A stretch of 64,000 nt of DNA from Promethearchaeota archaeon (GTDB lineage Archaea; Asgardarchaeota; Lokiarchaeia; Sigyniarchaeales; SOKP01). A model generated the notes under the pieces. It was not told where the DNA came from. It worked only from the letters and a program-made list of their open reading frames with translations, and ran no database searches. Location of the stretch: assembly GCA_019057795.1 (NCBI GenBank), contig JAHLWS010000078.1, positions 32,001 through 96,000 on the forward strand. The letters are read 5' to 3'. The translations under genes were made by a program, and so were the position numbers. Positions 31,476 through 42,440 of the stretch are shown piece after piece; positions within the stretch are counted from its first letter, which is position 1, and each line of letters starts with the position of its first letter.

Positions 31476-31907
31476 GACTTCTTTCTTTTCTCGCTCCTTT
31501 AGAATCGCCTCCCTCTCCTAGATATGCTGCGGGTAGTGCTGTGATCCCAATTATTCTATTCTAATAGATTTTATTGCTTCTTTATTTTTTATTTTATGAG
31601 CTCCACTCCAAGTTTCATCGAATCCATAATAACACATCATAGGCTCTCCATTATATTCTACTTACAATTTATTTTTTAAATGTGGTGGAATTTTTAATTA
31701 AACATATTCTCAAATGTATTTGTCTTTTTCTAAATAATAAAAGATAAATTCTTTTTCCTTCACCGGACTCTTATCTTCGAAAATTTTTGCCATACTATCA
31801 TCATAATGTGAAACTTTATCCATTCTTTGTTGCACTTTTTTCCTTGTGTTCTTGCCGCTTGAAAAATTACATCCCTGAAGGCAATAAAGATGGTTATTTA
31901 CAAATAT

Positions 31908-32852
31908 CTATTCTCGTTTTATCGCATTTTCTACCTTTTTATATAAAAGATTAATAAAATTAAGATAAATTTTCGCAGTTTCTGAGTCAATTTCAACATT
32001 TTCATGAGCACCGATATTTCTTATTCCTGTCATCACACCCATAAAAATAAATTTAAATCCTCTCTGTTCATCAATATCTGATAGCGTTTCTAAAGAATTA
32101 AGTTTAATAATTGGATTTTCTTCATTAAATGCTCTTGCCATAGCCCCAGATAAATCTTCTTTATGAATTTCTGCTTCTCTCTTCACAAAATTATTTAAAG
32201 ATTTAACGGCTTCAAAAATGGATTCTGGATAATGTTTATCTTTATAAAGTCCATAACTTACTTCATATAAGTCTGGATGTAAATTAAGAAATATCAAGTC
32301 TCTTCTTAAGTCAAAAAAATGGATTTTTATTAAATATATTAGTATCAAGAAAATGCTAATAATGGAAATATAAAAACTACTTTCCAGATGAATGGTATAA
32401 TCAACAGAGAAACTAGAATGAAGGTTATTCAATGAATTGTGAATCGGTAAAATAAAGCCAAAAATATTTACTAATGTGAGATTTAAAATAAACATTATTA
32501 AGCATAAAATTAGAATTACTTTTCTAGACGATATATTTTTCTTATGCATATAGTAAATTAAATCAAATAGAATAAGAAATATTCCCATTAAATATAAGAA
32601 TATCCCTGTTTGTATCCAATACCCATTAAATACAATTTGATGCAATGGATTGGGAGTACTTACTGATTCAGAATTGAATTTATCTATAAAAATGTTAAAT
32701 GCATTGAAATTAAATATTCCTAAAAAATCATCTGTACTATATTGTTGACCTGTAACTACAATAGAATATAAAGGAAGAAAATAATATAGAATTCCTAATG
32801 AAATTAAAAAAACTGTTAATATATAATCAATAATCTGTGATCTATTAATCAT
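31908..32852 (-). CDS. Membrane protein with C-terminal TIGR02391/Ymh-like domain
   Basis: Four TM helices, then IFEAVK, DEQRGFKFIFMG, IRNIGAHE. Confidence 0.75.
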   Translation of the reverse strand: MINRSQIIDYILTVFLISLGILYYFLPLYSIVVTGQQYSTDDFLGIFNFNAFNIFIDKFNSESVSTPNPLHQIVFNGYWIQTGIFLYLMGIFLILFDLIYYMHKKNISSRKVILILCLIMFILNLTLVNIFGFILPIHNSLNNLHSSFSVDYTIHLESSFYISIISIFLILIYLIKIHFFDLRRDLIFLNLHPDLYEVSYGLYKDKHYPESIFEAVKSLNNFVKREAEIHKEDLSGAMARAFNEENPIIKLNSLETLSDIDEQRGFKFIFMGVMTGIRNIGAHENVEIDSETAKIYLNFINLLYKKVENAIKRE

Positions 32853-33027
32853 GTAATTGATACCTCTGGTTAAATACTTTGACTTTATTGTAAAGTATAA
32901 ATAGTTAATATGTTTTAAAAATTATCAATTTTTGCAATAATTCAAGCAATATAGAAATTATTTAAGAGACTTTTTTCTTCTATGTCCTTCGATAAAATTG
33001 TTTAAAATCATCCCACAATCTTTTTTT

Positions 33028-33062
33028 ATCTCCCTCCCCAGTGGGGCCCCCTCCTAAAAAAT
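33028..33062 (+). repeat. C-rich array repeat, copy 4
   Basis: atctccctccccagtggggccccctcctaaaaaat. Confidence 0.9.
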
Positions 33063-33103
33063 TCGATATAAGTTTTGTTCTAAATGTGATACCTATTATT
33101 ATT

Positions 33104-34081
33104 TTAAAATTTAAAATATTTAAGAACGATATCTTTCATCCAATTAAAATTTAAAGTTAATAAAGCGTTTGAAACATATTTTTTATTATCAAATCTAGTT
33201 TCAAATGGAATTCTTATTAAAGTTGTCAGATCTGATTGCTCTAAAAGTTTTATCCCTTCAGGTGGTTTGAGCATTATTTTTCCTTTGAAATTCTCTATTT
33301 TTAAGATATCTCTATGATTTTCTTTAAGATAAATATAAATATCTTTATAAATCATCTGAATATATTCTCTAAATTGAAGTGGAGTAATCTTATACTTTTT
33401 TCTGATTAAGTTATTATACAAATTTTTTTTCCTAAGATTCCCCACTTTTCCAAAAACTTCCATATTATACCATTTTCTAGCAGCAACAATATCCTTTCTC
33501 TGAATAAAAATACTAATGACATCATCTACTATTATTCTAAAATCTAAAGTAATATTGATGAATTGAAACCTTTCGGGCATTAAGCTTGATTTTAAGAATG
33601 CTGTTAATTCATAAATCTCTGAGAAATCTTTTGTAATTCTTGGTTGTTTTGATATATTAAAAACTACAAATCTATTTACATCCAATTTGAATTTGCTATT
33701 AATAAAAATATCAATATAATCTGACTCAAGATTAATAAGATTTGATAACTTAATAAAAAAGAAATTGTCAATTAACCCAAAATATTTAGGTTCTAATCCC
33801 AGATTGTCCGAAGATTGTTGATCATATATTTCTACGTAAAACAAATCACTTGGGATTTGAATTGGATTTTTTAAATATTGCTCAAGCAGATTTTCAATAA
33901 ACGTAATTTCACTCATAAAATTATTATATGTTCTTAGTCGATAATGTAGAGTTAAATCTTCATTTTTGCCATTATATCTAAAAAAAACTAATTTGAATAT
34001 CTCATCATATTGGTTAAATTTCTCCATTAAGTTAGAAACACATTCGAATTTATCAATCTCTCCTATACTCATATTAATCAA
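33104..34081 (-). CDS. Hypothetical protein coupled to the upstream ArsR-like gene
   Basis: 325-aa ORF starting 2 nt after the preceding stop. Confidence 0.65.
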   Translation of the reverse strand: MINMSIGEIDKFECVSNLMEKFNQYDEIFKLVFFRYNGKNEDLTLHYRLRTYNNFMSEITFIENLLEQYLKNPIQIPSDLFYVEIYDQQSSDNLGLEPKYFGLIDNFFFIKLSNLINLESDYIDIFINSKFKLDVNRFVVFNISKQPRITKDFSEIYELTAFLKSSLMPERFQFINITLDFRIIVDDVISIFIQRKDIVAARKWYNMEVFGKVGNLRKKNLYNNLIRKKYKITPLQFREYIQMIYKDIYIYLKENHRDILKIENFKGKIMLKPPEGIKLLEQSDLTTLIRIPFETRFDNKKYVSNALLTLNFNWMKDIVLKYFKF

Positions 34082-34083
34082 CC

Positions 34084-35466
34084 TTATGTTTGGGCAGTCT
34101 CAACTGAGTAATTATAAATATAATCAAAATTAGCTTTGAATTCTTCAATATTACTTAGAGTAATAATTTCTTCATTAGAATAATATAGATTATTAAGAAC
34201 ATCTCTATATTGTACCTTAAAATGAAAATTAAACACACCTCGACCATTCATAATAAATTGTCCTATTAACTTGTCTAACTTTATCTCAGGAGGTATATCT
34301 TGCTCAAATTCGATAGGATCTTTCTTGTCAATTTCAATTGGTATGAGGTTATTATTATCGTCTTTTACATCTATTTCAATATTATCTATTGAGATTTGAA
34401 AATCCTTTAGACATGAAATATTTATCTCAAATAAACCATTATTTGAAGAATACTGCCGATTTTTTACTTTCAATCTCACAATTGGTTTTAATATATCAAT
34501 TTTGAGTTGTTTTTCGCTGATTTTTGATAATTTACTATCATACACCGAAATAATTAATGATTCTAAATTTACTGAATTATCACCGCTTGGCACCTTCGAT
34601 ACTAATTCAAAAGGAATATAATATAGGTTAATATTTTCATTATATAATGAAATAATATTATTTGATTCATCAAAAGTATGAATAATATTGTAAAAACTCT
34701 TTATTTTCAAATTTGGGGTTAGTTTAATTTCAATCTTAGAAATTTTAGTAGAAAATAGTTCAATCCAGACCAAAATCTTTTCATTTGGAAGAGCCCATTT
34801 GTTACAATCAGCTTTAAAGTAATCTTCTGCTTTTATATCGATTTCTTCATGTTTCTTAGTATCGATCCCACTGTAATAACCATTATAACTTTCTAATAAA
34901 CAAGAAATGAGTTTCGCTCCAAAATCGGTAATCTCATAATATGAATATTCATTTGATTTCTCAACTTTTTTAAAATAATTTTGAATCATACCTCCTAGTT
35001 CTAACTTTTGTAAATGATTACTTAAAACACTCTTATTCATTTTAGTAATTTCGATGATTTTTGTGAAAGTATATGGACCCCTTTCCCTTAACAACGAAGA
35101 TAATGCAAATCTAAATTTATTCGATACCGCTTTCAGAGCCTCAGATTGATGTAATAAAAAAGATTCCTGCAAATCGATTACAAATCTCATACCAAATTTA
35201 GTTAATTCATAAAATGAGAATTCTCTTGTTTCTTCACTTTTTAATAAATAATTTTGTACAACTCCAGCTAATTCTAGTGTTTTCAAATGATTTAAAACAA
35301 GACCATTTTCAAGATCCAATATACTTCCTAGTTTTGAAAGAGATAAATTCTTATTTTTGTATAATTGAAAAATTAGATCAATCCGAATTTTATGTCCAAG
35401 AGCTTTTAATAATAATTCAAAATCTTCAGGTATATCCTTAATATACTCTTCAAGATCTTTTGACAT
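34084..35466 (-). CDS. Double ArsR-type winged-HTH protein with beta-rich C-terminus
   Basis: LKALGHKIR...NHLKTLELAGVV and LKAVSNKFR...NHLQKLELGGMI. Confidence 0.8.
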   Translation of the reverse strand: MSKDLEEYIKDIPEDFELLLKALGHKIRIDLIFQLYKNKNLSLSKLGSILDLENGLVLNHLKTLELAGVVQNYLLKSEETREFSFYELTKFGMRFVIDLQESFLLHQSEALKAVSNKFRFALSSLLRERGPYTFTKIIEITKMNKSVLSNHLQKLELGGMIQNYFKKVEKSNEYSYYEITDFGAKLISCLLESYNGYYSGIDTKKHEEIDIKAEDYFKADCNKWALPNEKILVWIELFSTKISKIEIKLTPNLKIKSFYNIIHTFDESNNIISLYNENINLYYIPFELVSKVPSGDNSVNLESLIISVYDSKLSKISEKQLKIDILKPIVRLKVKNRQYSSNNGLFEINISCLKDFQISIDNIEIDVKDDNNNLIPIEIDKKDPIEFEQDIPPEIKLDKLIGQFIMNGRGVFNFHFKVQYRDVLNNLYYSNEEIITLSNIEEFKANFDYIYNYSVETAQT

Positions 35467-35546
35467 AGTTTAATTCATTTTATTTATTTAATAATAAATT
35501 ATATACCTAGGTATATAAAAATTAACCATTTTTAAATTTAACTTTT

Positions 35547-36098
35547 TCAAAAAATAATATTTCTGTGGATAAAAATTAAACAATGTTGATATATCTCATT
35601 CTCATCGTTATATATATAGACATTTAGCCTCTTTTCACTCATTAATCCCCTAGATACAGTGTAATTATAGTCATAAGGAATGTAAACAATCAACTTATTA
35701 GACTTTTCTTCAAAATATTTAGAATGTATTAATGAAGATAACTCAGTTATTACAGAATTGTTTTTTTCGGGGAATAATACAAATATATTAAAATCTGAAT
35801 TTTTCATTAATTTAACCATTTCAGTATAAATGTAAGCATTTCTATCTTTTTCTTTTAGTACATCCTCACTAGGTTCATGAATTACCTCATTTGCTAAGAA
35901 AGTGTTCATAAAACCTTTTTCTCTAAGGATTTTAACTAATCTATCTACAACAGGTTTGTTAATTGGATGATAAGATCCGAGTACTAAAATTTCAGTTTGG
36001 ATATGATTAATATTTAATCTTTTGAATTCTGACATCATTAAATAATATTGTACTATAGCTAAATCGATTTTTATGAAATAATAATAATAATAAATCAT
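35547..36098 (-). CDS. Hypothetical protein, possible NDT/TIR-like fold
   Basis: ILVLGSY, LREKGF, MKNSDFNIFVL, VITEL; real start probably at MMSEF. Confidence 0.5.
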   Translation of the reverse strand: MIYYYYYFIKIDLAIVQYYLMMSEFKRLNINHIQTEILVLGSYHPINKPVVDRLVKILREKGFMNTFLANEVIHEPSEDVLKEKDRNAYIYTEMVKLMKNSDFNIFVLFPEKNNSVITELSSLIHSKYFEEKSNKLIVYIPYDYNYTVSRGLMSEKRLNVYIYNDENEIYQHCLIFIHRNIIF

Positions 36099-36391
36099 TA
36101 ATATTTAAAACAAGATACATCTTGAGTTTAATAAGAGATAAATTATTATAATTTTTAAAAAAAGTTTAATTATCAGTTTCATTAACGATTTCTCTAACTA
36201 CTTGTAGAAATTTGTTTTTCTGGTTTTGCTCAAATTCTCAACATTGGAAACTATTTGTATTCTAAAAACGAATTTTGAGAAATATTGCGTGTCTTAAATC
36301 ACAATCTTCAATAATTTTGATATTGAATAATGCTCCTTATTCCTTTAACTAATTCTTTTAAATATTCTTATTATTTCTCGTTACAATATTC

Positions 36392-36430
36392 ATCTCCCTC
36401 CCCCGTGGTGCTCCCTCTTAAAAAAGTAGG
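36392..36430 (+). repeat. C-rich array repeat, copy 5
   Basis: atctccctcccccgtggtgctccctcttaaaaaagtagg. Confidence 0.92.
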
Positions 36431-36540
36431 CTCTTAATTAAGTAATTTAAACATCCCTCAACTATAATGTTTCACCTGTCAACCCATCAATCAATTGAGC
36501 CCAGATTTCTAATTTCCTTCTTAAAAATTAGGTATTTAGT

Positions 36541-36762
36541 TTATAGTTTGTTATGTGGTTTAAAATCTGGAACTTGTATTTCTTCTCCACAATTTTTACA
36601 TACAACAGTAGGAATTATACCAGATCTTATCTCTCCATGCTGCATATTCTCTAATGAGGGTTTTCCCCAATTCTTTACCTTCTCTTTTGAAAATTCATAA
36701 GGAAATGTTTCTCCACATTTTAAACATTTAATATTATGTATTTCAGTAATTAACATCACCAA
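36541..36762 (-). CDS. Small zinc-ribbon protein
   Basis: CLKCG and CKNCG; sole gene between repeat copies 5 and 6. Confidence 0.7.
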   Translation of the reverse strand: MVMLITEIHNIKCLKCGETFPYEFSKEKVKNWGKPSLENMQHGEIRSGIIPTVVCKNCGEEIQVPDFKPHNKL

Positions 36763-36842
36763 TATAAATAATTTAACTCATCTATCAAATAAATTCTTTA
36801 ATTTTTATTGTTATGGATTTTCTTTCTTTCTCTCTTTATTGA

Positions 36843-36880
36843 CTCCCTCCCCTCGATGCTGCCTCCTAAAAAAGTAGGGG
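36843..36880 (+). repeat. C-rich array repeat, copy 6
   Basis: ctccctcccctcgatgctgcctcctaaaaaagtagggg. Confidence 0.85.
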
Positions 36881-36901
36881 AAGGATTAAAAATTGCGGAA
36901 T

Positions 36902-37741
36902 TTACATTATGTTAAGACCTGCATCTTTACATCTCTCTTTTATCATTTCCAAAAATTCTTTTAAAATATCAAGATTTTTATCTGGTTCACTATAATGATA
37001 GGTTCTATCATTATGCTTAGAAATGTAGAGGGATTTACGATAAGCGTGATTTAGAATTAAATTCCATTTTTGGTATTCAATTAACATAGAATCCCCGTAT
37101 CCCGGTCTAAGCCTTCTATAATCCATTTTTAAGACCTTCTGAAGATTTTTCTCTCCAATTTCATCAAAAATCGTTTTGATATCAATATGAATATGTTCTA
37201 AATCATCTGAAGCTAATCTATTATAGAGATTCTTAAATTTTTCTTCTAAATAATTTTTTTGATAATCTCCAACATTATAAGTATGACTTGAAATAATTGT
37301 AATAGGATTAATAACTTCGCTCTTACCTAAATATCCAACCTGCTTCATGATCTTTTCTACAAATTTAATATATTCTATGGCTAAAGGTTTCTTAATAGTT
37401 TTTAAATCCAAATGTTCTAATCCATGTTGATACTTACTTCTATCTCTATGATATTTTTTCACGAATTCATTATATTTTGGTACCTTAGGATAAAAAAATT
37501 CTAAAATTCCTTTGTATAATTCCCTAAAATCCCGAGTTCTATATTTTTTATCATTCGTATATACTAAATCTTCCCTCTTCTTTTCTATTCCAATTAGCAT
37601 ACAAATTTTACTAAGTACATTATCTGCTATATAATGTCCTAATTCATATACTTCACTCATTTCATTTTTAGCTATAAATTTTCCAATCGCTAGCATTCTT
37701 TTAAGAGTATCAATGCGGTGCTTATTATCCTCAACAAACAT
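36902..37741 (-). CDS. Putative HEPN-like protein
   Basis: RDRSKYQHG (R-x4-H) in a helical N-terminal domain. Confidence 0.5.
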   Translation of the reverse strand: MFVEDNKHRIDTLKRMLAIGKFIAKNEMSEVYELGHYIADNVLSKICMLIGIEKKREDLVYTNDKKYRTRDFRELYKGILEFFYPKVPKYNEFVKKYHRDRSKYQHGLEHLDLKTIKKPLAIEYIKFVEKIMKQVGYLGKSEVINPITIISSHTYNVGDYQKNYLEEKFKNLYNRLASDDLEHIHIDIKTIFDEIGEKNLQKVLKMDYRRLRPGYGDSMLIEYQKWNLILNHAYRKSLYISKHNDRTYHYSEPDKNLDILKEFLEMIKERCKDAGLNIM

Positions 37742-38014
37742 AGTATCCTAAAATCATCAATTTTTGAAAGAAATCTATAATTCTATGATTTATAACACAA
37801 TTCAGTTATATAAATAAGAGAGGTTTAAGGATTAATAATTAATATGGCAATAACAACGAAAAATTTTGACTGTGGGTTCCTATTTCATGTTTTTATAATA
37901 TTATACTTAACAGATTCAAATTAAAATATGAATGTAATTAGGTTTTTTATTTAAATACTCAAGAAATTATGTAGTTTTAAATCATTATATCAATATATAC
38001 AAGTAAAAAAGGAA

Positions 38015-38224
38015 GTGATCGGTTTGAAACTAAAAGAAGAAGAAAGCTTTCATGGAGAATTAATTGAAACACCAGAAGAATTCATAGAGGATCTGTGCGA
38101 GAGACTCAATATCGCCTATAGCACACTAATGGAAGAAGATGATAAAATGAATCGGCTCGCTTATATCACCACTTTTCTAATCGCTTTCAAAGGAAGACTG
38201 AATCGAGTCTGCGAAAATATATAG
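38015..38224 (+). CDS. Small conserved protein, recurrent in the island (copy A)
   Basis: Clear paralog at 44239-44439; same upstream AAGGAAGTG start context. Confidence 0.8.
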   Translation: MIGLKLKEEESFHGELIETPEEFIEDLCERLNIAYSTLMEEDDKMNRLAYITTFLIAFKGRLNRVCENI

Positions 38225-38288
38225 AAATTTATGTCTGCAATTTAATAATAATTATATAAAAAGATAGATTTTAAACGGTAGTAAAAAC

Positions 38289-38951
38289 ATGCCCGAGATA
38301 ATTATTCATAAAAAACCTGACCTGAAAGAAGTTAATGGTGAAGAATTTTATCATATACAAAGGTCTAATCTCCCAATCCGTTGGGAAATTGGGCAACAAA
38401 TTGAAGTAGGAAAGGAGTATAATTATTTTTATGAATATTTTTTTGATCACCGAATGGGAGTTAAGAATTCCGCAGGTGATTTTATTTCCTTAAACTATTT
38501 GTTGGAAAAAATTATTGCTACTCATGAAGGGAAAGAGGATCCAGATTCTGATATAGAATGTATTTATGGTTATGATCTATTAAAATCGCTAAAAGATGCT
38601 TCAGTTGCAATTAAGGAATATACAATGTTATTAAGAGAAATAATATCTGAGCAAGTAAGAGTTGAAAAATTCAGCAATTTGCCATCAAGATTAAAATGTA
38701 TCTGGGTTCTTCCCAATTTAGATTCAGTTAGGTATTGGAAACCAATAATTGAGGGACGGATTTTAAAATTAAGTTTGACAGGAAAAATCTTAAAAACGGA
38801 TGCTGCTTTCCTCAAAAATGACACATTTTCTTTAAATGAATTTAAAAAACAAGCTGAATTTTATTGGGCAGGTATTAAACAAGAAGGTTCTAATGCTGAG
38901 GAAATTCTTTTCTCTGGTACTATAGTTGTATTAGAAGAAATAAAAATTTAA
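38289..38951 (+). CDS. DUF2441-like (ADP-ribosyltransferase-fold) protein
   Basis: FYHIQ, EQVRVEKFSNLPSRLKCIW, YWAG, EILFSG. Confidence 0.72.
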   Translation: MPEIIIHKKPDLKEVNGEEFYHIQRSNLPIRWEIGQQIEVGKEYNYFYEYFFDHRMGVKNSAGDFISLNYLLEKIIATHEGKEDPDSDIECIYGYDLLKSLKDASVAIKEYTMLLREIISEQVRVEKFSNLPSRLKCIWVLPNLDSVRYWKPIIEGRILKLSLTGKILKTDAAFLKNDTFSLNEFKKQAEFYWAGIKQEGSNAEEILFSGTIVVLEEIKI

Positions 38952-39091
38952 TTAATGCTACTCTCTGAAATGGTTTTGAAGTTCTCTTTATGAGCAAAAC
39001 GTTTGATTAATCTTTTTTTACTTGATGGGACAGTGAATTGCACATATTTATAGGTGTATCTATTTTTATTTGGTCTTGGATTTTCGCTCAT
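38948..39091 (-). pseudogene. Truncated ribbon-helix-helix protein
   Basis: Manual translation MSENPRPNKNRYTYKYVQFTVPSSKKRLIKRFAHKENFKTISESSIN*; second helix cut at the neighbouring gene. Confidence 0.45.
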
Positions 39092-39435
39092 TTTTCTTTT
39101 TCACCGTTTTAAGAGACACAAGGTTCGAGCCTTTTTAAATTTTGTCCCAATTTCAAAGGAAATTTGGATGGAAAGGTAAATTCAGAGTCATTTTCCCATG
39201 AAAATTTCATAAAAAATTCCCCCTCCCCTCAAATGAACGAAAAATTAAAATAAACAAGGGACTTAAAAAAACAGGAATAAAAGTTATTTTAAAGTTAAAT
39301 AAATATAAAATTACTTCTGATGGTTTGTGGCACATAAATAATGAAAAAGACCGTTCAGGACTTGAACTTTATATTAGAATTAAACACTTAGATAGATTGA
39401 GATACTAATCAAAAAGCATAATTGATCACAAATAA

Positions 39436-40428
39436 CTATTTTTTTCTTTCTGCTACAGTTTCTTCTTCTAAAGAATTACGTTTTGTTTTTTCGTCTCTTA
39501 TTACTTTTTTTACTTTTGCTCTTTCTTCAACAATTTTCTTGTCTTGTTGTTTTTCATCTTTTATTACTTTCTTCCTTTGTTTCTCTAGAATTTTTTTCAT
39601 ACTTTCAGTATATTTTTGTTGTCCCTTCTTTTGACTCAATACAGCATCTACAAGAAAAACTAATGAAGTACTAATTGATTCTGCATCTTCTAAACATTCT
39701 GTATCTGTTCTTCCATGCAACCCTTTACTTAAAGCATCGTGTAATGTTTTTAAAGGATTAAACTGTTCTGGCTTTAATATTAATGGTAATAGGTCTTTTA
39801 CGAGTGCTATTTTTTTTGTAGCAGTTTTAGTTTTTCTTACTTCTTCTAATGCTACTTGATATTTTTCTAATTCTTCCCCGCTCATTAAATCTGTAATCGA
39901 TTCTAGTAATTGTCCAATAATATCTTCGACAATTCTCCTATAATAAGCAAATGCTCCAATTCCATAACTGTGAAATTCACAGGTTTTACCTTTTTTATAA
40001 TATTCAGAATATCCCTTTAATATCTTTTTTAGAGTCTTTTCAATATTTATATCCCATGCTGGAAATTGTCCAACTTTTTCAATAGTTTTCAATCCCTTCC
40101 CCATTTTTATAGCAAAAAACCGATGAAATTTTTCACAATACGCACAAATATAATTTAGATTAACTAAATCATTTTCTTCGAGTGTTGGAGGAGGTGGTGG
40201 TTTGAATATTTTAATAACAACATCTTTTTCTTTTTTATGATTGTATTTATGAGTAAGTCTGAAAGTCCGAATTTCATTACAATTTGGACAGTACATATTT
40301 AAATTAACATCTGGCAAATCAACAATAGTAATAGGGAAAAGAAATGAATTTTTTCCAAAATCAAAATCAAATTTTTGATAGAGTGAATATTCCTCAAGAA
40401 ATTTTGCATCTGGCATGATTAATTTCAC
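39436..40428 (-). CDS. Zn-binding, DUF4145/HEPN-like protein
   Basis: CPNC and CAYC, GIGAFAYYRRIVE, LHDALSKGLH. Confidence 0.65.
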   Translation of the reverse strand: MKLIMPDAKFLEEYSLYQKFDFDFGKNSFLFPITIVDLPDVNLNMYCPNCNEIRTFRLTHKYNHKKEKDVVIKIFKPPPPPTLEENDLVNLNYICAYCEKFHRFFAIKMGKGLKTIEKVGQFPAWDINIEKTLKKILKGYSEYYKKGKTCEFHSYGIGAFAYYRRIVEDIIGQLLESITDLMSGEELEKYQVALEEVRKTKTATKKIALVKDLLPLILKPEQFNPLKTLHDALSKGLHGRTDTECLEDAESISTSLVFLVDAVLSQKKGQQKYTESMKKILEKQRKKVIKDEKQQDKKIVEERAKVKKVIRDEKTKRNSLEEETVAERKK

Positions 40429-40568
40429 CTAGAATATCTTGAAATTATAATAAATAAAAAAGAATTCAAATATTTAAATAAATAGATAGCGAAATGGTAT
40501 AGGGAATTTTTAGAGTTATTAAAATTTAAAATCAAGGTCAGATAATTAATTTAATTCTCAATTTTTTT

Positions 40569-40901
40569 TTACATTTTTATTTTCTTATACTTAGATCTAT
40601 TAAAATCATTTTTTTTTGTTTTCTTTTCCTTCTTTTCTAAAATTTCTTCTTTCTTCGTCTGAACTTCTACTTTAGAAGATTCATCATTTTCTATTCCATC
40701 CTTTCTGGATTTAGGTTTATTGTCAATCTTCTCTTTTTTTAAGGGTTCCTGCATTGCTTCCTTTACTTTTTCTTTTTCCTTATCCTTCTTTCTTTCTAAT
40801 TCTTTTACTGGTGACATTATTACTATCTTTTCTTGATATTTTTTAATTAAATTCCCTCTTAACCTAAAATACACACAACAGAAATATAAGACTTTTCCCA
40901 T
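40569..40901 (-). CDS. Highly charged hypothetical protein or remnant
   Basis: K/E-rich; its 5' end lies inside the conserved extension of the repeat. Confidence 0.4.
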   Translation of the reverse strand: MGKVLYFCCVYFRLRGNLIKKYQEKIVIMSPVKELERKKDKEKEKVKEAMQEPLKKEKIDNKPKSRKDGIENDESSKVEVQTKKEEILEKKEKKTKKNDFNRSKYKKIKM

Positions 40902-40918
40902 TTTCCTTAATAATTTGC

Positions 40919-40955
40919 ATTTCCCGCCTCTTGTTGCCCCCTCCTAAAAATGTAG
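40919..40955 (+). repeat. C-rich array repeat, copy 7 (divergent)
   Basis: atttcccgcctcttgttgccccctcctaaaaatgtag. Confidence 0.8.
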
Positions 40956-40994
40956 TTTTTTTCTCTTTATTTGCAGATTCAAGGTGTAGAACTA

Positions 40995-41702
40995 TCACCT
41001 TCTTAAAAAAGAATAATAACTTGTAAGTTTTGTAGGGTATTTCACTCCATTCCATTCTATAGTGCTATTACTCCACATATTATTACCATCATTATCATAT
41101 ATCATTTCTTCTAGGAGATTATCATATGCATCCTGAGAAATTTCGACATGATAGGGAGATCTTGCTTGATTGGCTATAGCAACTGCAAAATTAACACATT
41201 TTCCAATAAAAACTAGATCATTATTATTAGCATCCCTAGAAATTCCTGCTCTAAGAATATATACTTCACCCAAATCTATTCCAATCCCGAAATCAAGTTT
41301 TTCATATTTTTCAAAATGTTTTGAAAATTCAATGTCCAAGAACCATTTAGTTACCATTGCTGCTTCCACAGCGGTAGTTATCTGTTTCTTATAAGCACCA
41401 GCCCAAAAGGCCAAAATTGAATCTCCCTGAAAGCTTCTTATTTTTCCACCGTATTTTTGCGCTACCTTTGCAGCTACTGTCAGAAAGGCTTTATGAATTT
41501 TACCAGAAGTTTGTTTATGATGTTGAAAGAGTAAATCACTTGAATTCCTCAGATCAATACTATAGGCACATAGATTCAACTTTTTTGCTTTCTTTTTAAA
41601 AGAAACATTATCAACTGATGGAATATCTGTAATTTCAGAAACTTCATAATCCCCTGCTAAATACTCGCGCACCTGATTTTCTAAATCATTCACAAACCCC
41701 AA
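40995..41702 (-). CDS. pycC: Class III nucleotide cyclase, Pycsar PycC-like
   Basis: SIDLRNSS, FQGDSILAFW, GIGIDLGEV, NDLVFIGKCVNFA; directly downstream of a PycTM-like gene. Confidence 0.8.
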   Translation of the reverse strand: MGFVNDLENQVREYLAGDYEVSEITDIPSVDNVSFKKKAKKLNLCAYSIDLRNSSDLLFQHHKQTSGKIHKAFLTVAAKVAQKYGGKIRSFQGDSILAFWAGAYKKQITTAVEAAMVTKWFLDIEFSKHFEKYEKLDFGIGIDLGEVYILRAGISRDANNNDLVFIGKCVNFAVAIANQARSPYHVEISQDAYDNLLEEMIYDNDGNNMWSNSTIEWNGVKYPTKLTSYYSFLRR

Positions 41703-41720
41703 ATTTCTATCGCCTTCATT

Positions 41721-42275
41721 TTAAACTAATAGATTAATAAAACCACTTAAAATCAAAAATAGAATTGTTAAACCCATATTAGTTATTAAAAAGTAGATCG
41801 AATAATTGACAAACTTGAATTTTTCTTTTGCTATATAAGATAATTGATAAATTTGTTTTGAATACTCTTCCATTAAATCTTCTTCATTTAAGTCCTTTAT
41901 TTTGGAGTAATAATCATTAGAATTTTTATATTTCAATACATGTTTAAAATAAAACAATCCCTTCCGTTCTCTCTCTGACTTCTCCTTTGCTTCCCTAGGT
42001 TTAAAAACCAAAATTGTGCAAATAGTTCCACATATTGATGAACTTATCAAAACTATTGTTATTATTATGTAAAAAATTACAAATCCTTGATACTCGTCAA
42101 ATAATATTCCCGCTTTCTTAAAAACATCAGATAATAATGAAAATCCTAACCCTATAGTAATTAATAAACTGTGAATTGTCAAAGAAATATTTGCCTTAGA
42201 ATCTGCTAAAGCAATCATACCTTGAGAATCAGAATAAGCCTTTGAAAGAACTTCATTTTTGTTTTTAATATCCAT
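41721..42275 (-). CDS. pycTM: Pycsar transmembrane effector (DUF5706-like)
   Basis: IALADSKANISL, two TM helices, PR...GLFYF, QIYQLSYIAKEKF, final TM. Confidence 0.8.
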   Translation of the reverse strand: MDIKNKNEVLSKAYSDSQGMIALADSKANISLTIHSLLITIGLGFSLLSDVFKKAGILFDEYQGFVIFYIIITIVLISSSICGTICTILVFKPREAKEKSERERKGLFYFKHVLKYKNSNDYYSKIKDLNEEDLMEEYSKQIYQLSYIAKEKFKFVNYSIYFLITNMGLTILFLILSGFINLLV

Positions 42276-42440
42276 TTCTACCCTCTTTATTAAATGTGTT
42301 ATCTAATGTTATATAAAATGAATAATAAATAAATATTTTTAGTAGGTATTGTTAGACTTTAATAAAGAAATAGAAAAAAATTTTAACTATTTATAGCTTA
42401 TCAACATGAAATTGGTTATATTAAGTATAAATTTTTTATG

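Noticed and set aside
31480-31890. GC-richer intergenic patches with ORF-like fragments (e.g. MAKIFEDKSPVKEKE, similar to SPVKE in 40569-40901)
   Set aside because: Too short and interrupted to assign; may be element debris but unsupported
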